From: the human T2T-CHM13v2.0 reference genome, Homo sapiens
Direction: 5' to 3' (one strand)
Assembly: GCF_009914755.1 (NCBI RefSeq)
Contig: NC_060936.1
Length of the DNA: 64,000 nt
Part shown: in pieces, positions 49,681 through 63,935 of the stretch
Position numbering within the stretch: the first letter of the stretch is position 1
Layout: every line of letters starts with the position of its first letter
Made by a program: the position numbers and the translations under genes
The notes under the pieces: model-generated
What the model was told of the DNA's origin: nothing
Databases searched by the model: none
Seen by the model: only the letters and a program-made list of their open reading frames with translations

Positions 49681-50723
49681 CCCCTACTGTAATGTGTTTC
49701 TTGATCTAAAGTTTTATATTTTTCTAAGAAATTTACCTTTATATTATTAACTTTCAGAATTTAAAAAATATATACATTTTGTTTTCTGCTAATAGTACTT
49801 ACTGTTCTGTCAGAGTATATTTCTTGTGCATTTTCTATACTCATAAAAAGCATTTCTGTGACATTCACATTTCTTCACTGTGTATTAAATCCATTTTTAG
49901 CACCGATTTGTTTGATGAAATATTGCCTTCAGAATTTAAAAGTACAGGTTCTTAGGGATAGACTTTATAAGAAATTAGATATTTGCATTTTTGACACATT
50001 TTGAGGCAGTAATTTTAAGATATGTCTGTATAGCTGATCGATGCTTATTTTACATGAATGTGTTGAAGGTTACAAACTCTTAAATTTAACATTAAACTAC
50101 TTTTATTATTCCTGTAAAGCTGTGTTTACTAACCACCTTCATGTAGTGGCACATAGAGAAAATTGTATATAATATTACACACTGTGGTAAGTGAATCAGC
50201 CTACGGTTCTTGATCTCAAGTAATTGGCCTAGGGACCTACCACCTCTTTACCTTCATGCTCTGCTTCCCCTCCCTACTTACTCCCTCCTCCCATTTTGAG
50301 AGGGCAGGTAGATACCCAGGCATATCTGTAACTCATGGATGTATAATCAGTGTGAGAAAGTAGACTAAAATGTGTGTTGTCTGGAGTTAACTATTCAATA
50401 AACATAAATATCTGATGAAAAATGTTTTAAGTGTTTTGTTTGACAATATTCACATTATGGATTGTTCTAAGTCATGCATTTATGTTGGCCAGCATCTTAT
50501 ATTTGCAGCCTTTAGAAACAACTGTACTTTTTCATTTATAGCTTATAATGACAGAAAATCATGATTCTTAAGAATTTTATATAAATCTTTTACCTCCTTT
50601 TTTTGATGGTTGATTTGTATTACTATTAGGAAAACCAGATTTTAAGATATCAAGCATTATTTGGGATAAAGAAGGCCACTACATAATCATAAAAGAAAAC
50701 TTACTAAAAAGGATAAAACTTCC

Positions 50724-50805
50724 TTTTTTATTTTTTAATTTTACTTTTAAGTTCCAGGATACGTGCGCACAACGTGCAGGTTTGTTACATAGGTATACAT
50801 GTGCC
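50724..50805 (-). mobile_element. Severely 5'-truncated L1PA 3' end
   Basis: ttttaagttccaggatacgtgcgcacaacgtgcaggtttgttacataggtatacatgtgcc. Confidence 0.85.
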
Positions 50806-52766
50806 ATAAACCTTTTACCTTCTGTGATCAACTAAAGCTTTATTATATATTCTTGTTCTTGCAATTTGGAAATGAACTTTTAATATACCTACAAAATATT
50901 TTCAGTTAATGCAGTAACAGTAATCTATAATACCTAAGAAAAGAACTTATCAGGCATCTTTTGATCTGTTGGGTTATAATTGGGAAAGAATATATAGTTT
51001 AATTGTATAGATAAAGGATGTTAGTTTAATTATCTAGGTTGCACAACCTCTGGATTTGGGAGGGAATATTTATAAGGTTTGATTTTTTTTTTTTTTTTTT
51101 TTTTTAGAAAAATCACTACTGTCGTATTAATATTACTGTTTTCTTTAGAGTGGTGTATAACTCAGCCCTACCTCAAGAGTTACTGATGTGTACCATTGGT
51201 CTAAAACTATAGTATAAAAAATTTTGCAAACTTTAGTATAATTGAAACAACTTAGAATTTTGACATGAAAATAGTATGAAATGTATATTGTAAAACCTCT
51301 ACCCTTTAAATGTTTTACCTCAGCACCACAAGACAGGGTGAGAAAATAGAAAAAAAAACAAACAAAAATACATGTTTCACTTCTTGGTTTTTCTAACTGT
51401 GGTCAGTGTCAGCATGATTTTTCATCCCTGGAAACCACAGATCAGCCTCTGATAGTTCTCTCTTTTGTGAGTCTCCATTAACCTCCTTTTCCCGTTATAC
51501 CCCAGCTAGTCAACAGGACATAAAATAACTGTTACTTCTACCACCAGAATGCGTCTTATTTTTAGTCTCACTTCTGCTGTTGTCGTTTAGTATCTCAGCA
51601 TATCCCATTTCTGCTATTAGAGGTATCTTCCCAAAACCCATTTTGATTGCCACCTTCTTGCTTAATATTATTTTTCTTTTTATTGCTATAGTTGGTAGCC
51701 ATTCTTGTATGACATTTATTTCGCATTCTTCTATGCCATAACATGGGTGAGCTTTATCTCCAAATAGAGATGAACTTTATCTCCTTTCATAGTTATCCTA
51801 TCACCACTGTTTATGTTCTCTAATAATATTACAAATCTTTATTTTTTTTAACAACTGGATACTGGGTTTTTGTGTTCAATTTTTAAATTTTTGTTCAATT
51901 TTTTTGAATTTCAATAGTTTTGGGGGTACAGGTGGTTTCTGATTACATTACTAACCTTTGTTACACTTATACTCACTGCATATTCTTGAGGGAAGACCCC
52001 TTCATTGTATGTACCTAAATGTTACCACTCTATAGAGTATTCCTGATACCTTTGTGTAGCTCCAGTGATGTTTCATGTTTCCTTTAGAGCATTTACCACA
52101 CTGTGCCTTAAAATATAATGAGTTGTATAATTCATTCTCTTTCCCCACTAGATTGTAAGCCCCTTGATGACATGGCTCATGTCTTATTTAATTAGGATGT
52201 TTTGATGGTTGTCTAATATAAGACAGGAAATACGCAAATATGCACACACACATATTTTCATTTACTCAGCTTCAGTATTTACTTTTGAGTATATAACACT
52301 GCTACATTCATTTCTATGAGGATATATAAAATGAATGTATGTTCTGTGAACATATCTTCAAATAATTTACATCTACAAGGAAAAAAAAATGGATAAATTC
52401 AAAGGCATTGTACAAGTGCCATGAAGTTCACATCACAAATACATAAATTATATACCATGTCTATATAATTTTATTTTTTTAACTTGCTAAGTGAAAGAGT
52501 AGTGCTGCTGTAACTCAAGTTAGTGTGACTTTTAGAAAACTTATAGTATTAAAAATTAATTTCATTTCTACAGTTTGGTTTTATCGAATTGTGATATTCT
52601 CTTAAGAAACATGGAATATATTATAGAATGTTTGTTTTATGTTTTTCTGAAGAATGAGAAAATGTTAGATTTTCACATTTATGGTATGATTTACAGATTT
52701 GTGGAGTGTAAATGCAATGCTCTGCTCTGTTTTCTTTATGCTCTAATATAATTAATTTGTTTCTAG

Positions 52767-52833
52767 ATGCTGGCATCACCATCTACATCAGGTCAGCTGT
52801 CTCAGTTTGGGGCAAGTTTATACGGGCAACAAA
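52767..52833 (+). CDS. CNOT2: CNOT2 exon 4 (MLASPSTSGQLSQFGASLYGQQ-S)
   Basis: ttgtttctag|ATG acceptor, AAA|gtaaga donor, 67 nt, phase 0/1. Confidence 0.96.
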
Positions 52834-53189
52834 GTAAGAATTTTGTATTTATTCTGGGATACTTTATTTAAAGAGAAAAATAAGTAACTACCAAATAAAG
52901 AACAACCAGTACTTCCTTTGTGGGTTTATTGTATGACTTAAAAGGAAAAATGTTTAATTTTCAGAGTTTTATTTTACTTACATAGCAAAACCTCATTATT
53001 TCAGACCTTATTGATCCTATGGTTGCTATTACTTGGATATAGCATAGATTGAAATTTATTTCAACATCTTTTACATCTGTAAATTTTTTGCAGTATTTTT
53101 GAAGAATTTGCTAAACTAAAAATAGACATTCTCTGTGTTTTCAATTAAAGGAAGTTAAAAGCTTTTTTAGTTTATTTGACTGGCTACTC

Positions 53190-53218
53190 TGTGTGTGTGT
53201 GTGTGTGTATGCGCACGC
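53190..53218 (+). repeat. (TG)n / alternating purine-pyrimidine tract
   Basis: tgtgtgtgtgtgtgtgtgtatgcgcacgc. Confidence 0.9.
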
Positions 53219-55573
53219 CTGTTTATTAAGTAAACTCATTACTTAGCAGTTTGTAAAATGTTCTTTGTTTCACAAGTATTTCTTAAATATTTCTTCTTTT
53301 GCTTTAGCTCAGTCTGGATATAGAATCTAGATTTTTGACTCACGGTTTAATGCTTGTTCCGTTTTGCAGGCTTCTACTTCTATTTTTTTAAAGTGTTGTA
53401 ATACTTTTAAAGCGCTTAGCACAGAGCCTAGTGCATAGTAAGTGCTCAATAAATGTTAGCTATTATCACATAAAATTTTTATAAAACTAAACAATAAAAT
53501 ATCTTTATATTTTCTCAAATTAACTTCCCAAATTGTTAAATATTAGTATGATTTTATCATCTCTGTTAATGTCAGATCTGTTGATCTCCCATTTCTGTTA
53601 ATGTAATCTCTGTTAATAGAAGAAGGGAATTAAAAGTGTTATAAATTCCCATCAGACATTATAGGATAATTGAATAACTGAAGAAGACATCTGATGACTA
53701 TCCTAACCAGTTTCAAGTAAAAATCAATAATTTGATTTGGAACTCTCCCAGTATAATGAAAAGCAAAGTTTTGACAGGTATCAGAATAGTTTGTCATAAC
53801 ACTTTACCTTCCAAATTGATTCGAAGTGGGAGGATGAAACTAATTTTGTATACAAGCATGGTTTCCATTTACTTTTTTCTGTCTATCTTTTGTGGCTTTT
53901 CTCTTTTTTGCTATGGAACACAATTTTGTTAATATAGAATTAGTAGATAAAAGTTATTCTGTATTAACAGTTTCTCCAATTAAACCAAGAAACGTATTTC
54001 CAAAGCTTATTACATAAAAAAATTGTTTATCTACAAATATTTATCCTAGTTGTTGAAGGACTATTATTAGCTAGTAATTTATTCTGCTTACCCTGTGTTT
54101 TAGTGTGGCTTTCACCCTTCTGGTAACCCTTACTATAGAAATATCTAGCTATTTTAAAGCTACCTTTTATTTCTTCAGAGCAACTGCAAAGAACTTACTT
54201 TACCTTTTGGAAGACCACCGTTTATCACAGCAGAAAGTAGATATGGATTGGAGAAAAATTGTATTTGAGAAACTAAGGTTATTTTGTAAAGGATAATGGC
54301 AATTACTATACTTATAATCAGCTATCTGGATTTTTTAAAATTCTGGTCTAATTTTTTTAGCCTACAAATCTGAAATTCTAACTGGGCTAAGATATGGAAT
54401 GGGTTATGTTTAAAATGCAGTTATATCATTGGTATGACAGACATTTATGTTTTTGTTTTTAAGGACATACAAAGATTAATACATGAGAAAATTTATTTTC
54501 ATTAGAAAAAGAATTTTTAAGGTACTTACTAGTTTAAAAAGAAGCCATGTATGGCAAACATTTTCCATTGGAGTTCAGTATATTAAATAACTATATTCCT
54601 GTAACATTGGTGAAGCAACATTTTGAATGTATGGCTTACTCTTTTAAAATGACATTTTAAGTGTTAGATAGAGTACAGAAAAATTGAATCTTAGATCAAC
54701 TGGAACTGTAATGTTTCAGGTCAGGGTGTAATTATGTTTTTCCAAGATATCGATCTAGAAGCTATAACTAGTGGAAAAAGAAAGAGTCTAGGTTGCCAAT
54801 TTCTATCTGTTAGGACAGACCCGAGAAGGCCAAATAGGTCATTCAGCTGGTAGGTAATCTGAACAAACACCTTGTCAGACAGCAGAACACAAGCTACCAT
54901 GTGGGTCTTGAGGGTTAAGGTTTTAATAATTTAAGTCAGAATGACAAAACTTAAGGAACTGAGTTAAATGAAGGATGGAGAGATAAGGAATTAGTAGGTG
55001 AGTGTAGATTAGAGATATTATTCTTATGGCAACTTACTGTAATTGCACATTGAGATTGGTGTAACTAAAAGTTCGTTTCCCAAGTGCATTGAGTACCACT
55101 ATTAATTCTGTTCAGTTGGCAAACTTTTATTGTAATTTGTGCCATTAAAAATGTGAGATCTACTATCTATTGTATGTTCTTGATGGTTAGAAAGGTTAGA
55201 GGTGGAAGAGATATAGAAGGAAGAGTGCCCTCTCTAGAAGTAAGAGTCACTGAGATTAAACAAGAAAGGGAGTTTGTCTTGGAATAGATACAGAAGTGCT
55301 TAAACTTAGATTTGGCTAGATTTGGGTGGAAGTGATTATGCAGTGCCATGAGGTAGCCAGAAAATGCTGGAACAGAGACCTGTATGGTCTTCAGTTCTAG
55401 TATAGTATGATTGTATCCAAATATGTAAATAATTGGACTTTTCATCCAATAATTCACGTGAATACTGTACATGGAATGATAACTATAGAAACCAATGAAC
55501 ATACTCTTGTATTCAAGTTGCATAATGTTTCCTATTTGTTATATTTGAGTGTGTGATAAGCTTTCAGGTGAAT

Positions 55574-55774
55574 TAAGTCCTCACTTAACATAAGTTTTTT
55601 GAAACTGCGACTTGAAGCAAAACTACATATAACAAAACCAATTTTTTGTTCTCATCAACATTACAATGGAATGAAGTTGAATGAAACAACACTATTCAAG
55701 GACCTGCTGTATGTATTTTTGCCTGAAATCACAGTTTCCAAGAATGATCAGTGGCATTAAGTGAAGACTTACTG
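55574..55774. mobile_element. MER6B-like Tigger MITE
   Basis: Long inverted ends taagtcctcacttaa...gaaactgcga / tcacagtttc...ttaagtgaagactta. Confidence 0.7.
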
Positions 55775-58756
55775 TACACCTTATAAGCTTCAAGACCCAT
55801 GAGCTCCCTTAAGCTGTCTCCTAGATTAGAATCAACAGGGAACCAGGAATTAATTTCTCCTGGATAGTCAAAGCATTGGAATTAAGTGGTTGATAGTTGC
55901 ATTTACCTTTTCTTAGTTACCAACAGGATCTAGGACCTTGTAAGATTGGAGAAAAAGGAAACTGTCATTTACTGAGTGCTTTCTGTGTGCATATTATCTT
56001 ATAGGCACCTAGCTTAGCAAAATATCTGGGTGAATTCATTATACAAATTTGTGTCTGAATTCTCAGAGGACCCAGGCATCTAGATGGAAGAAGAGCTAAA
56101 TCTGTCAGAATTTCTAAGTTCTGGACTCCTAGCTTGAGAACAATGACATAGTCTCATGCTTCCAGCAGACATTTCTTTGGCCTCCTGCTTTAAGAACACC
56201 TATGTGAAAGCTACTTGTTTCATAGAGAACCCAGAGCACAGGTGGGGTGGTTCAGAAGTGATGCTATCAGCTATGTAAATAGGTGCATGACATATTTTGG
56301 TTGCTTTCGGAAATTGTAGGACCATTGAACAGATACTAAATGCTTAGTAATAAGTACAGAGTGCTCTAGGATTTCTTGCTCTTTTGAACACATGTTTTAT
56401 AGTTGGGGAAGATAGGACATATTTATATGTAAAATATTAAATAACAGCCTGTGATGCTAACACATAGATTAAAAGATACCATGTGCAGAATGGTGTAGAC
56501 AGACTTTTAGGGAGCAAATTCTGTCTATACCATTCTCCTTGAGGAGAACCAAAAAAAAAGGGAAGCTATAGTGGTATGGAAAAACTTCAAAAAGCAGGTA
56601 GGAATTAAAGTTGACAAATACTTATGGGTCCCTACCATACATGTTGTGCCATTCTAGATACTGCAGATGTGTGGTAGAAGAGATCATCCTCATTTATGCC
56701 ATCTCTGCATAGTGTACCTACTGCTATGGTGTTGCTGCATTATTTATTGCATGTCCTCATTGCCTTTGTATCCTCTGTACCTCGCATATGACAAGCACTC
56801 AGTAAATCTTGAATGCATGATGAACAAGAAGCAGTCTCATATAATCTAGTAGGATAAGTACACAAATGATTTTACTATGTAGTAGAATAAGAAGTTCGAG
56901 GTTATTTGGATGTTTCAGATGAGATAGGGCACATTCAGGATGGTACGGCTGTAGACTATTTGGATATTTCAAAGACAGGAGTAATCAGGTATCTTGGAAA
57001 ATGATTAGGAAAAGAATTTACTGATGAGATTATATTTGAGATTAGCATTGAACAGACTGTGAGTAAAGTTGTTTTAGCAGTGGGAATAACATCCACAGCA
57101 TGGGATAGATTTAGGAATGGCCTACTTTATCAAGACAGGAGACACCTGTTAGGCTGTTATATTGATTTCAGCAAGAAGTACAGTCTTCACATTTCTGAGA
57201 GATTTATTTCAAGATCATTGCTACTTTTAAAGTTCAAGAACACAGCTATAGAATAACATTTTCCACCATAAAACATCCTTTTTGTGTGTGTGAAAACCAT
57301 CACTTGATTAGACTATCTTATTTTATCTTCACTTTTGGTACCACCTGTTGGCTTTCTTTTCATAAGTATGACACACGCACACACACACACACAGAGCTAA
57401 TATTTATTGAATATTATCTACTGTGTATCAGATGCGATTTTAAGTATTTATGTGAATTAACTCATTTAACCTTCACAGCAGCTCCACAAGAGTTTAAGGA
57501 ATTTGTTCAAGGTTACACAGATTGTAAGTAGTAGAACCAGGATTATATTACTTTGTAAGAGTAACTATGTGAACATGAGCTGAAAACATCAGTTTCTTTG
57601 ATACCTGAATGCCATGACCCTAGAAAGCCATTTGTACATAGTAGAAACTACCAGTGTTAAATCCACAGGTGCCAAGAATCTGTTGAATTAAGACATTGTG
57701 ATAGAATGTATTCATTCTAATAATTATGTATTTATTGGGTGCCTACAATGAATGAGGTATTATTTCAAGATATAGATAAGAATATAGCAAATAACAAATG
57801 TCCTGTTTTTATGGAGAGAGAGAGAGAGAATGTTAGTAATACTGCAGTAGTCCAGGCAAAAAAAAATGGGATGACTTGGACTAGTGGAGGTGTTGAGAAG
57901 TGATCAGATTTGGTACATTTTGTAGATAGAGCTAACAGGACTTGATGATGTAGGAGTGAAAGAAAGGGATCAAGAATGATTTCTAAGGTTTCCGACCTGC
58001 AAACCTTTGTGAATGAGTGCCACTAATCTAGAGCAGAAATTTAGGTTGAGGAAGTGTAGAGTGTACTTGGGAGATCCACACAGCTATTCCACAGGTAAAG
58101 ATTCTGTGGCACTCCTCTAAAGATCCAGCCAGATGTTGAGACTCTCAGCTGATTCGAGCACAGCAGCCACTTCTCATAGTTGTGGAAGCCACTTAGCTCC
58201 ATCCATGTTTCTTGTCTTATACATTCTTAGCACCTAGAAGGCAAAGCCTGTTCCTCCGCCAGGTGTATAACTTGTCCTCATTTTCATATATCTCGTCATT
58301 CTCTCAGACTGAACTATTGTAACATTTATACCCACCTGACTCCCCACCACTGCCACCACCAAACACCTGGCTGAGTCTCATACGTTATTTAATTCATATA
58401 CTATCTTCTGTCTCCTCCAGGAAAATTTTTCTGCTTCCAGACTCACTCTATTCCCAAGTCTGAGTTAGTGTGGTCCCTCCTACAAGCAGTCAAGCACGCT
58501 ATGTCTACTGCATGTAAACACCTTGGTCATAGCACTTATTTATTTTTAAGTAGTCTTTTATATCTCTAGAACAAGAGAAGGGAAAGTATTCTTGCTGAGG
58601 AGTTAGATATGAGTAGTAAAGGACAGATTTGAGGAAAGGAATAGAGAAAGAAGAAAGAAGATTATAAATCAGATATGTAGTGTGTAAACAGAGTAAAATG
58701 CTTGTTAAGGTTAGAAAACATCTTTGGGTCTTGACAGAATTTTAATACTCTAGAAC

Positions 58757-58900
58757 AGTGGTTCTCAACCCTGACTGCACCCATGGAAACACCTGGGGAA
58801 TTTTTAAAATTCCACTGCCATGATTGCCCAAAATCACAATTGCTGGAGAGGAGACCTAGACATTAAAGTTCCCTGGATGATGCAAACATTATTAACTACC
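58757..58900. mobile_element. MER5-family MITE
   Basis: cagtggttctcaaccctgactgcac...cacctggggaatttttaaaa. Confidence 0.65.
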
Positions 58901-60924
58901 ATTAAAAAATGGAAAATGATATTGGTTGCAAAAAAGGCATTGAAATAGGAGTCAAGAAATTGGATCATTGTCTTTAATGCCTCATTACTTGTGATCTTGA
59001 GCAAGTCACTTAATGCCTAGTGTGAATTCTTTATCTGTAACCTACTTGGATAATCTCTGGAGTCTTTTCTATTCTAAAATACTTTGAATTTAATGAAGAA
59101 AATTGCATAAGGAAATAATTTTACAGGAATCATTAACCAGCTAAGTGCAAGACAGGTTGAAGGTAAGAAGCCATTGAGATAAAGCACCATTTATGTTGTC
59201 CTTTTTAGTATGGGCATGCCAGTGAGTTCCTAGAGGAAGCTGGCTGCTTTGCAAATGGAAAAGGGGACACTTTAAGGCATCAGTTAAGGACTACTCTCTC
59301 CTGCCCCTATAAAGATTTTAGGGGACTTTATTTAAGTATGAATATTCAGGGATTTGGTTGCTATGATTTTATTTTTTCATGTAACTTAATATTTTTTATT
59401 TCTAGCAAAAAATTGAATAAAGAATGACGTATTTTGCCATAAGTGTTTAAGTGATGTGCTGTTAATCAGTTTGTGCAGTGGAAATAATTAATGGAATAAT
59501 TTCTTAGATCATATTTAAGGGTTTCTGAAAAATGATCAATAAGGAATTTGACTAACACCCTGCCAGATAAGAGGTAGGAATCTATTTAGAATGTGTTCGT
59601 ATAGTCCTCCTAATATTGTGTTGTTATTATCAATTGTTAGATTGAAAGAAAAATTTGACTCAAAATTATAACCTTTTAAACTTTTTTTAAAATTTGTTTT
59701 TATTCTTTGTAAAAAGGTGATAACCTTTTTTATAAGATGATTATAAGAAGGAATTGAGAGGAAGTAGTATAGTGCTTTGTTGATAAGTGCCCAATAAATT
59801 TTAATTTTACTGTCCTTCCAGTCACCTGCTCATATACAAGCTCATTTATACATATTTATATTTTTGCCTGTTTTAGTTTTTTTATGCCAAGAAAAACTCC
59901 TTGAGTTCTTCCCATTTTTCTTTTTTTTTCTTTTTTTCAGCTGTATGTCCTATTCTTGGCATAATATTTTAGAGATGATTTTTCTGTGATTGTTTCTAAT
60001 TATACTAGTGAGAGATTAGATTTTTTTCCCCTTGACCCTATTCAGTTGTGTTAGTTTGACTCAAGCAACTCAAAGTTAATGACTTAGTATATTTAGTTTC
60101 CAAAAAACAAATCTTTATATATACCTTTCCAGTGCCATTCTTTATGTTTTAAAGAAATTCAGTTTTTAAAATAAATTTAAAGTAACAATTATTAAGTATT
60201 CAGGGGTTGATGATCCAATTTGAAGTGATATATTCTTTTTTGATCTTTTTATACTACTTCAACAAAATTAAACTTAGACTTTTTGAATTTATTAGCTGTT
60301 TTTGTGAAGATTAATTTTAGAAAGCTAAAATTAAACACTGAAAGTAAGTTACTTTATTCCATACGGTCTCTGTCCAGTTTTAGCACTAAAATCAGTTCAA
60401 GGATGCCAATCCCTAATTGGCCAAATAGCCTTACCATTCTTGTTTTCTTCTCCAAATTTGTTTTTTTGCTGGTCAGATAACTTCCAATTTCTAAAATATT
60501 CCTGAAATGATAAATTTTTATGATACAGCATAGAATAATATGTATGTGGAGACTTGAAGGAGTCAAATCTCAATGAGCCTTTTGTAGGGCTTAACGATTG
60601 TTAAAAGGGGGCCAAAAGGGCACTAATTTTTGGAAAGTGTATGTTTGTTTATGGTGGTGAATGTGTAGAGAGGGTGAAAAGTAAAGGAAAAGTAGAACAA
60701 GAAGAAAGAAAACTGATAGGTATGACGATGAGAGAGAAAGAAAATGGAAGAGAGCAAGACGTGGAGATTTAGAAAAAAGGTTGAGGGAAACATATTCAAA
60801 AGGGAAAAAGAAAGCAGGGGGAAAATACATTAGAGGTGTTGAAATTAGTAGGCACTCACAGAGGTGCTAATCGAGAGTTCTGTTGGGCTCCTGTCATGCT
60901 GCTATTAAAGAGCATTAGCAGCTA

Positions 60925-61280
60925 AGAGATCTAAATTCTAGTCCTAGTTCTTTGTGTTGCCGTGGAGAAGTCAGTTAACTTACATGAGGCTCAGGTTCCT
61001 TACCTGTGTGTAAAATGGGAACATTGAACTAGGTGATCTTTAAGATCCCTTCCGGCTCTAAAATTGTTTGACATTATCTTGGTGGTCAGTAACTGTGAGA
61101 AACACATTCCTGAGGAAAATTTGCAGCTATAGTTGACTTCAGGACAGCATGTTTAGGGAGTAGAATGTAAGCTCCCTGAGGGTAGGGGCCTTTTCTGTTG
61201 TGTTCACTGCCATATCCCCAGCAGCTAGCACAATGCGTGTTACATAGTAGGCATTCATTAAATGTTTGTTGAATGAATGA
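60925..61280 (+). mobile_element. MIR3/MIRc followed by an L2 3' end
   Basis: ctcaggttccttacctgtgtgtaaaatggga...gatctttaagatcccttccggctct; tagaatgtaagctccctgaggg...aatgtttgttgaatgaatga. Confidence 0.75.
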
Positions 61281-62888
61281 TGTGAAAAGTATGTTGATGG
61301 TTTGTTAGGAGCACACCTAGAAAGCCTCAAAGAAAAATGGTGTGCTTTAGGGAGGGAAAAGACAGATTTCTTCTGAAGAAATCTTAAGCAAGCTGATTTT
61401 TAATCCTTATTCTTCCTTATTTTGTCCCAGATTCAAAGAAAGTGGCTTCAGCTAGTGACATTCTCATAGTCACAAAACTTACGGTGACTGTAGACATACA
61501 TAAAAGTGTACATGTAATCTAGGCCAGTTCCCTTAAAGTATCTTACAGAAAGGCAGGACCAAGCTTAGGTCTCCATGGAATCTGAGTGAAAAGTATATAC
61601 ATGGAATATATTAGTTATATTGAATTAGATTGATTGGATTAAAATTCATTCAGTTGAGAGGCACAGTTAGTCTACAAGCTGAGATACAGGCTGCCAAATT
61701 TAAGATAACGATCAGTGAGATACTCGCTAACCACTCCTATCCCTAGGTTAGAAGGTGAAACATTATTATGCCAAAGGATAAAATCACCTTAAATCCCTAG
61801 CACTGAAGTCATCTACTTACTGATTAGTTCTCACTCTATCTTATCACTTTTATTTAATCTCCAGTTCAGAATAAGTTTGGTTGATGAAGCAGACTAGAAG
61901 TAGAAAGCACTAAAAAGTGTGGGTCAGGAAGATGGAGGAAAGGGAGAGGAATTCGTAGACAGATATAACAGTGTAAGTGATAGCTGTACTTCTTGACTTT
62001 GAAGCATAAAAGGGAAAAAAATAAACGTATGCTGTCTATGATAATTATCCTGGATTATTAAAAAATTTATAATTCCTATGATCTGAATAAAAACTCAGGA
62101 AATATACATTTCTAAAAAAAGTTTATCCACAGTGGTTTTGTTTGTTTGTTTCGTATGAGAATGATAAAACTCTTAGCAGTCTTTAAAAAAAAAAAAACCT
62201 ATTAGAATGTATAGTCCATCCCCACACCTGGCTCCAGGGGTACTAGATAAATACAGGGGCATTATATTTTGACGTCTTTTTAAATGTTTTAAAATTTTGT
62301 CTTTTATAGCTATATCAGTTTGAGTTTTTTTTAACAGTTGCTGGCATTTTATGTTGGGTTTGTAAAAACAGTAATGTTGAGAAATATGTATAAATAGTAA
62401 ATTGGCTTTTTCTAAAATATAATTTTAAAGGATCACATAAAATTAAAGCTACTTCAGCAAAGCGGGGTTAAATGTCTTTCTGTATACATTAGTTGTGAAT
62501 AAAGACATAAAAACACATTACTGCAAAATTTCATAATGGCCTCTTTGTATATACACATGTACATATATGCAAATAGGCCTTTAAGAAATTTTAGAGCAAT
62601 ATCCATTCATAATATTGTAACTTGTTAGTCATTTACATACTTCATAATGAAATTGAAATATGAAAAATAGGAATATGAAAGAAATATCCATTCATAATAT
62701 TAAATTTCAGACTGGAACATATTTTTTGTTAAAATCAGAGTTTATTTGGAGTGAATCGAATATATCCATTTAAAATTTGCGTACTATGTTAGGTCATTAA
62801 AAGTGTCTTAAATCGCCAACTCCAGAAGATGGATAACAATTTCATTCCTGATGGCAATGAATTTCCTTCTTCTGAATTTTTTTATTAG

Positions 62889-63036
62889 GTGCACTAGGCC
62901 TTCCAATGAGGGGGATGAGCAACAATACCCCTCAGTTAAATCGCAGCTTATCACAAGGCACTCAGTTACCGAGCCACGTCACGCCAACAACAGGGGTACC
63001 AACAATGTCACTTCACACGCCTCCATCTCCAAGCAG
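62889..63036 (+). CDS. CNOT2: CNOT2 exon 5 (S-ALGLPMRGMSNNTPQLNRSLSQGTQLPSHVTPTTGVPTMSLHTPPSPS-R)
   Basis: ttttttattag|GT acceptor, CAG|gtattt donor, 148 nt, phase 1/2, frame continuous with neighbouring exons. Confidence 0.96.
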
Positions 63037-63752
63037 GTATTTATTGATGGACCAGAATATTTTTCAAAATGTATCTTGGTAGAGTAAACAAACTTTTAGT
63101 TTTTTAATAAGGTAATTAATTACTTGATTTTCTGGTTCAGTGCCTTTCACTGAGGAAGAAAATACCTATGCTCTTTTTATTTCAGTGCAAATTGTTAAGT
63201 ACAGTACAAGTGGTTTTTATACTGCAGCTCGCATACTGGTTGTCAGTGGGGTGGATATCAAGGGTTAATCATTTCCTGGGGAGCTTTTTCAAAAGGCACC
63301 TGTCTTCCTCAAAGGAATATGTGCAATTTAAAATTCCTCCCCAGATGATTGTGATCATTGCTCCCTCGCCACACATCCATTGCTCTAATGAGCATAAAGT
63401 AAAACAGATGACATAGACTATACATTTAGTATGCAGAGGATAGAATGATATGCCATTGAAATGAAATTATTCTAAATATGTGTGTGAAATACATTTATAT
63501 TTTATGTCACAGTCACACCAGTAGTTCTCTCATCTTAGATACCACCTTTTATCAGTTGCACTATAATTTGCCCTTTATTGTTTGTTTACTTTTTCTTTTC
63601 AAAGAGCTAGAATGACTAAAGAATTAATAAAAATTAGAACTGCAATTTGAAAGTATATTTGAGATTCTAGGGTTGGACCAATTGATTATTTAAAGAGAAT
63701 TTTAATGAGTGATTGTAGAGAGCTTATTTAGTATAATGGACTTCTTTTTCAG

Positions 63753-63935
63753 GGGTATTTTGCCTATGAATCCTAGGAATATGATGAACCACTCCCAGGT
63801 TGGTCAGGGCATTGGAATTCCTAGCAGGACAAATAGCATGAGCAGTTCAGGGTTAGGTAGCCCCAACAGAAGCTCGCCAAGCATAATATGTATGCCAAAG
63901 CAGCAGCCTTCTCGACAGCCTTTTACTGTGAACAG
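63753..63935 (+). CDS. CNOT2: CNOT2 exon 6 (R-GILPMNPRNMMNHSQVGQGIGIPSRTNSMSSSGLGSPNRSSPSIICMPKQQPSRQPFTVN-); gene continues beyond the window
   Basis: cttctttttcag|G acceptor, CAG|gtaaga donor, 183 nt, phase 2/2; matches ORF-track entry 63709..63939. Confidence 0.96.

Noticed and set aside
55167-55523. 118-aa - strand ORF
   Set aside because: No recognisable domain or splice context; length is compatible with chance.
60650-60830. Purine-rich tract as triplex DNA or exon
   Set aside because: Interrupted low-complexity GA sequence with no mirror symmetry or splice signals.
62851-63087. 78-aa + strand ORF over exon 5
   Set aside because: Wrong frame; the CNOT2 frame is set by splicing and reads SALGLPMRG.
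63709-63752. In-frame intronic extension (MDFFF-R) before exon 6 as an alternative start
   Set aside because: It is the polypyrimidine tract read in frame; there is no promoter evidence.
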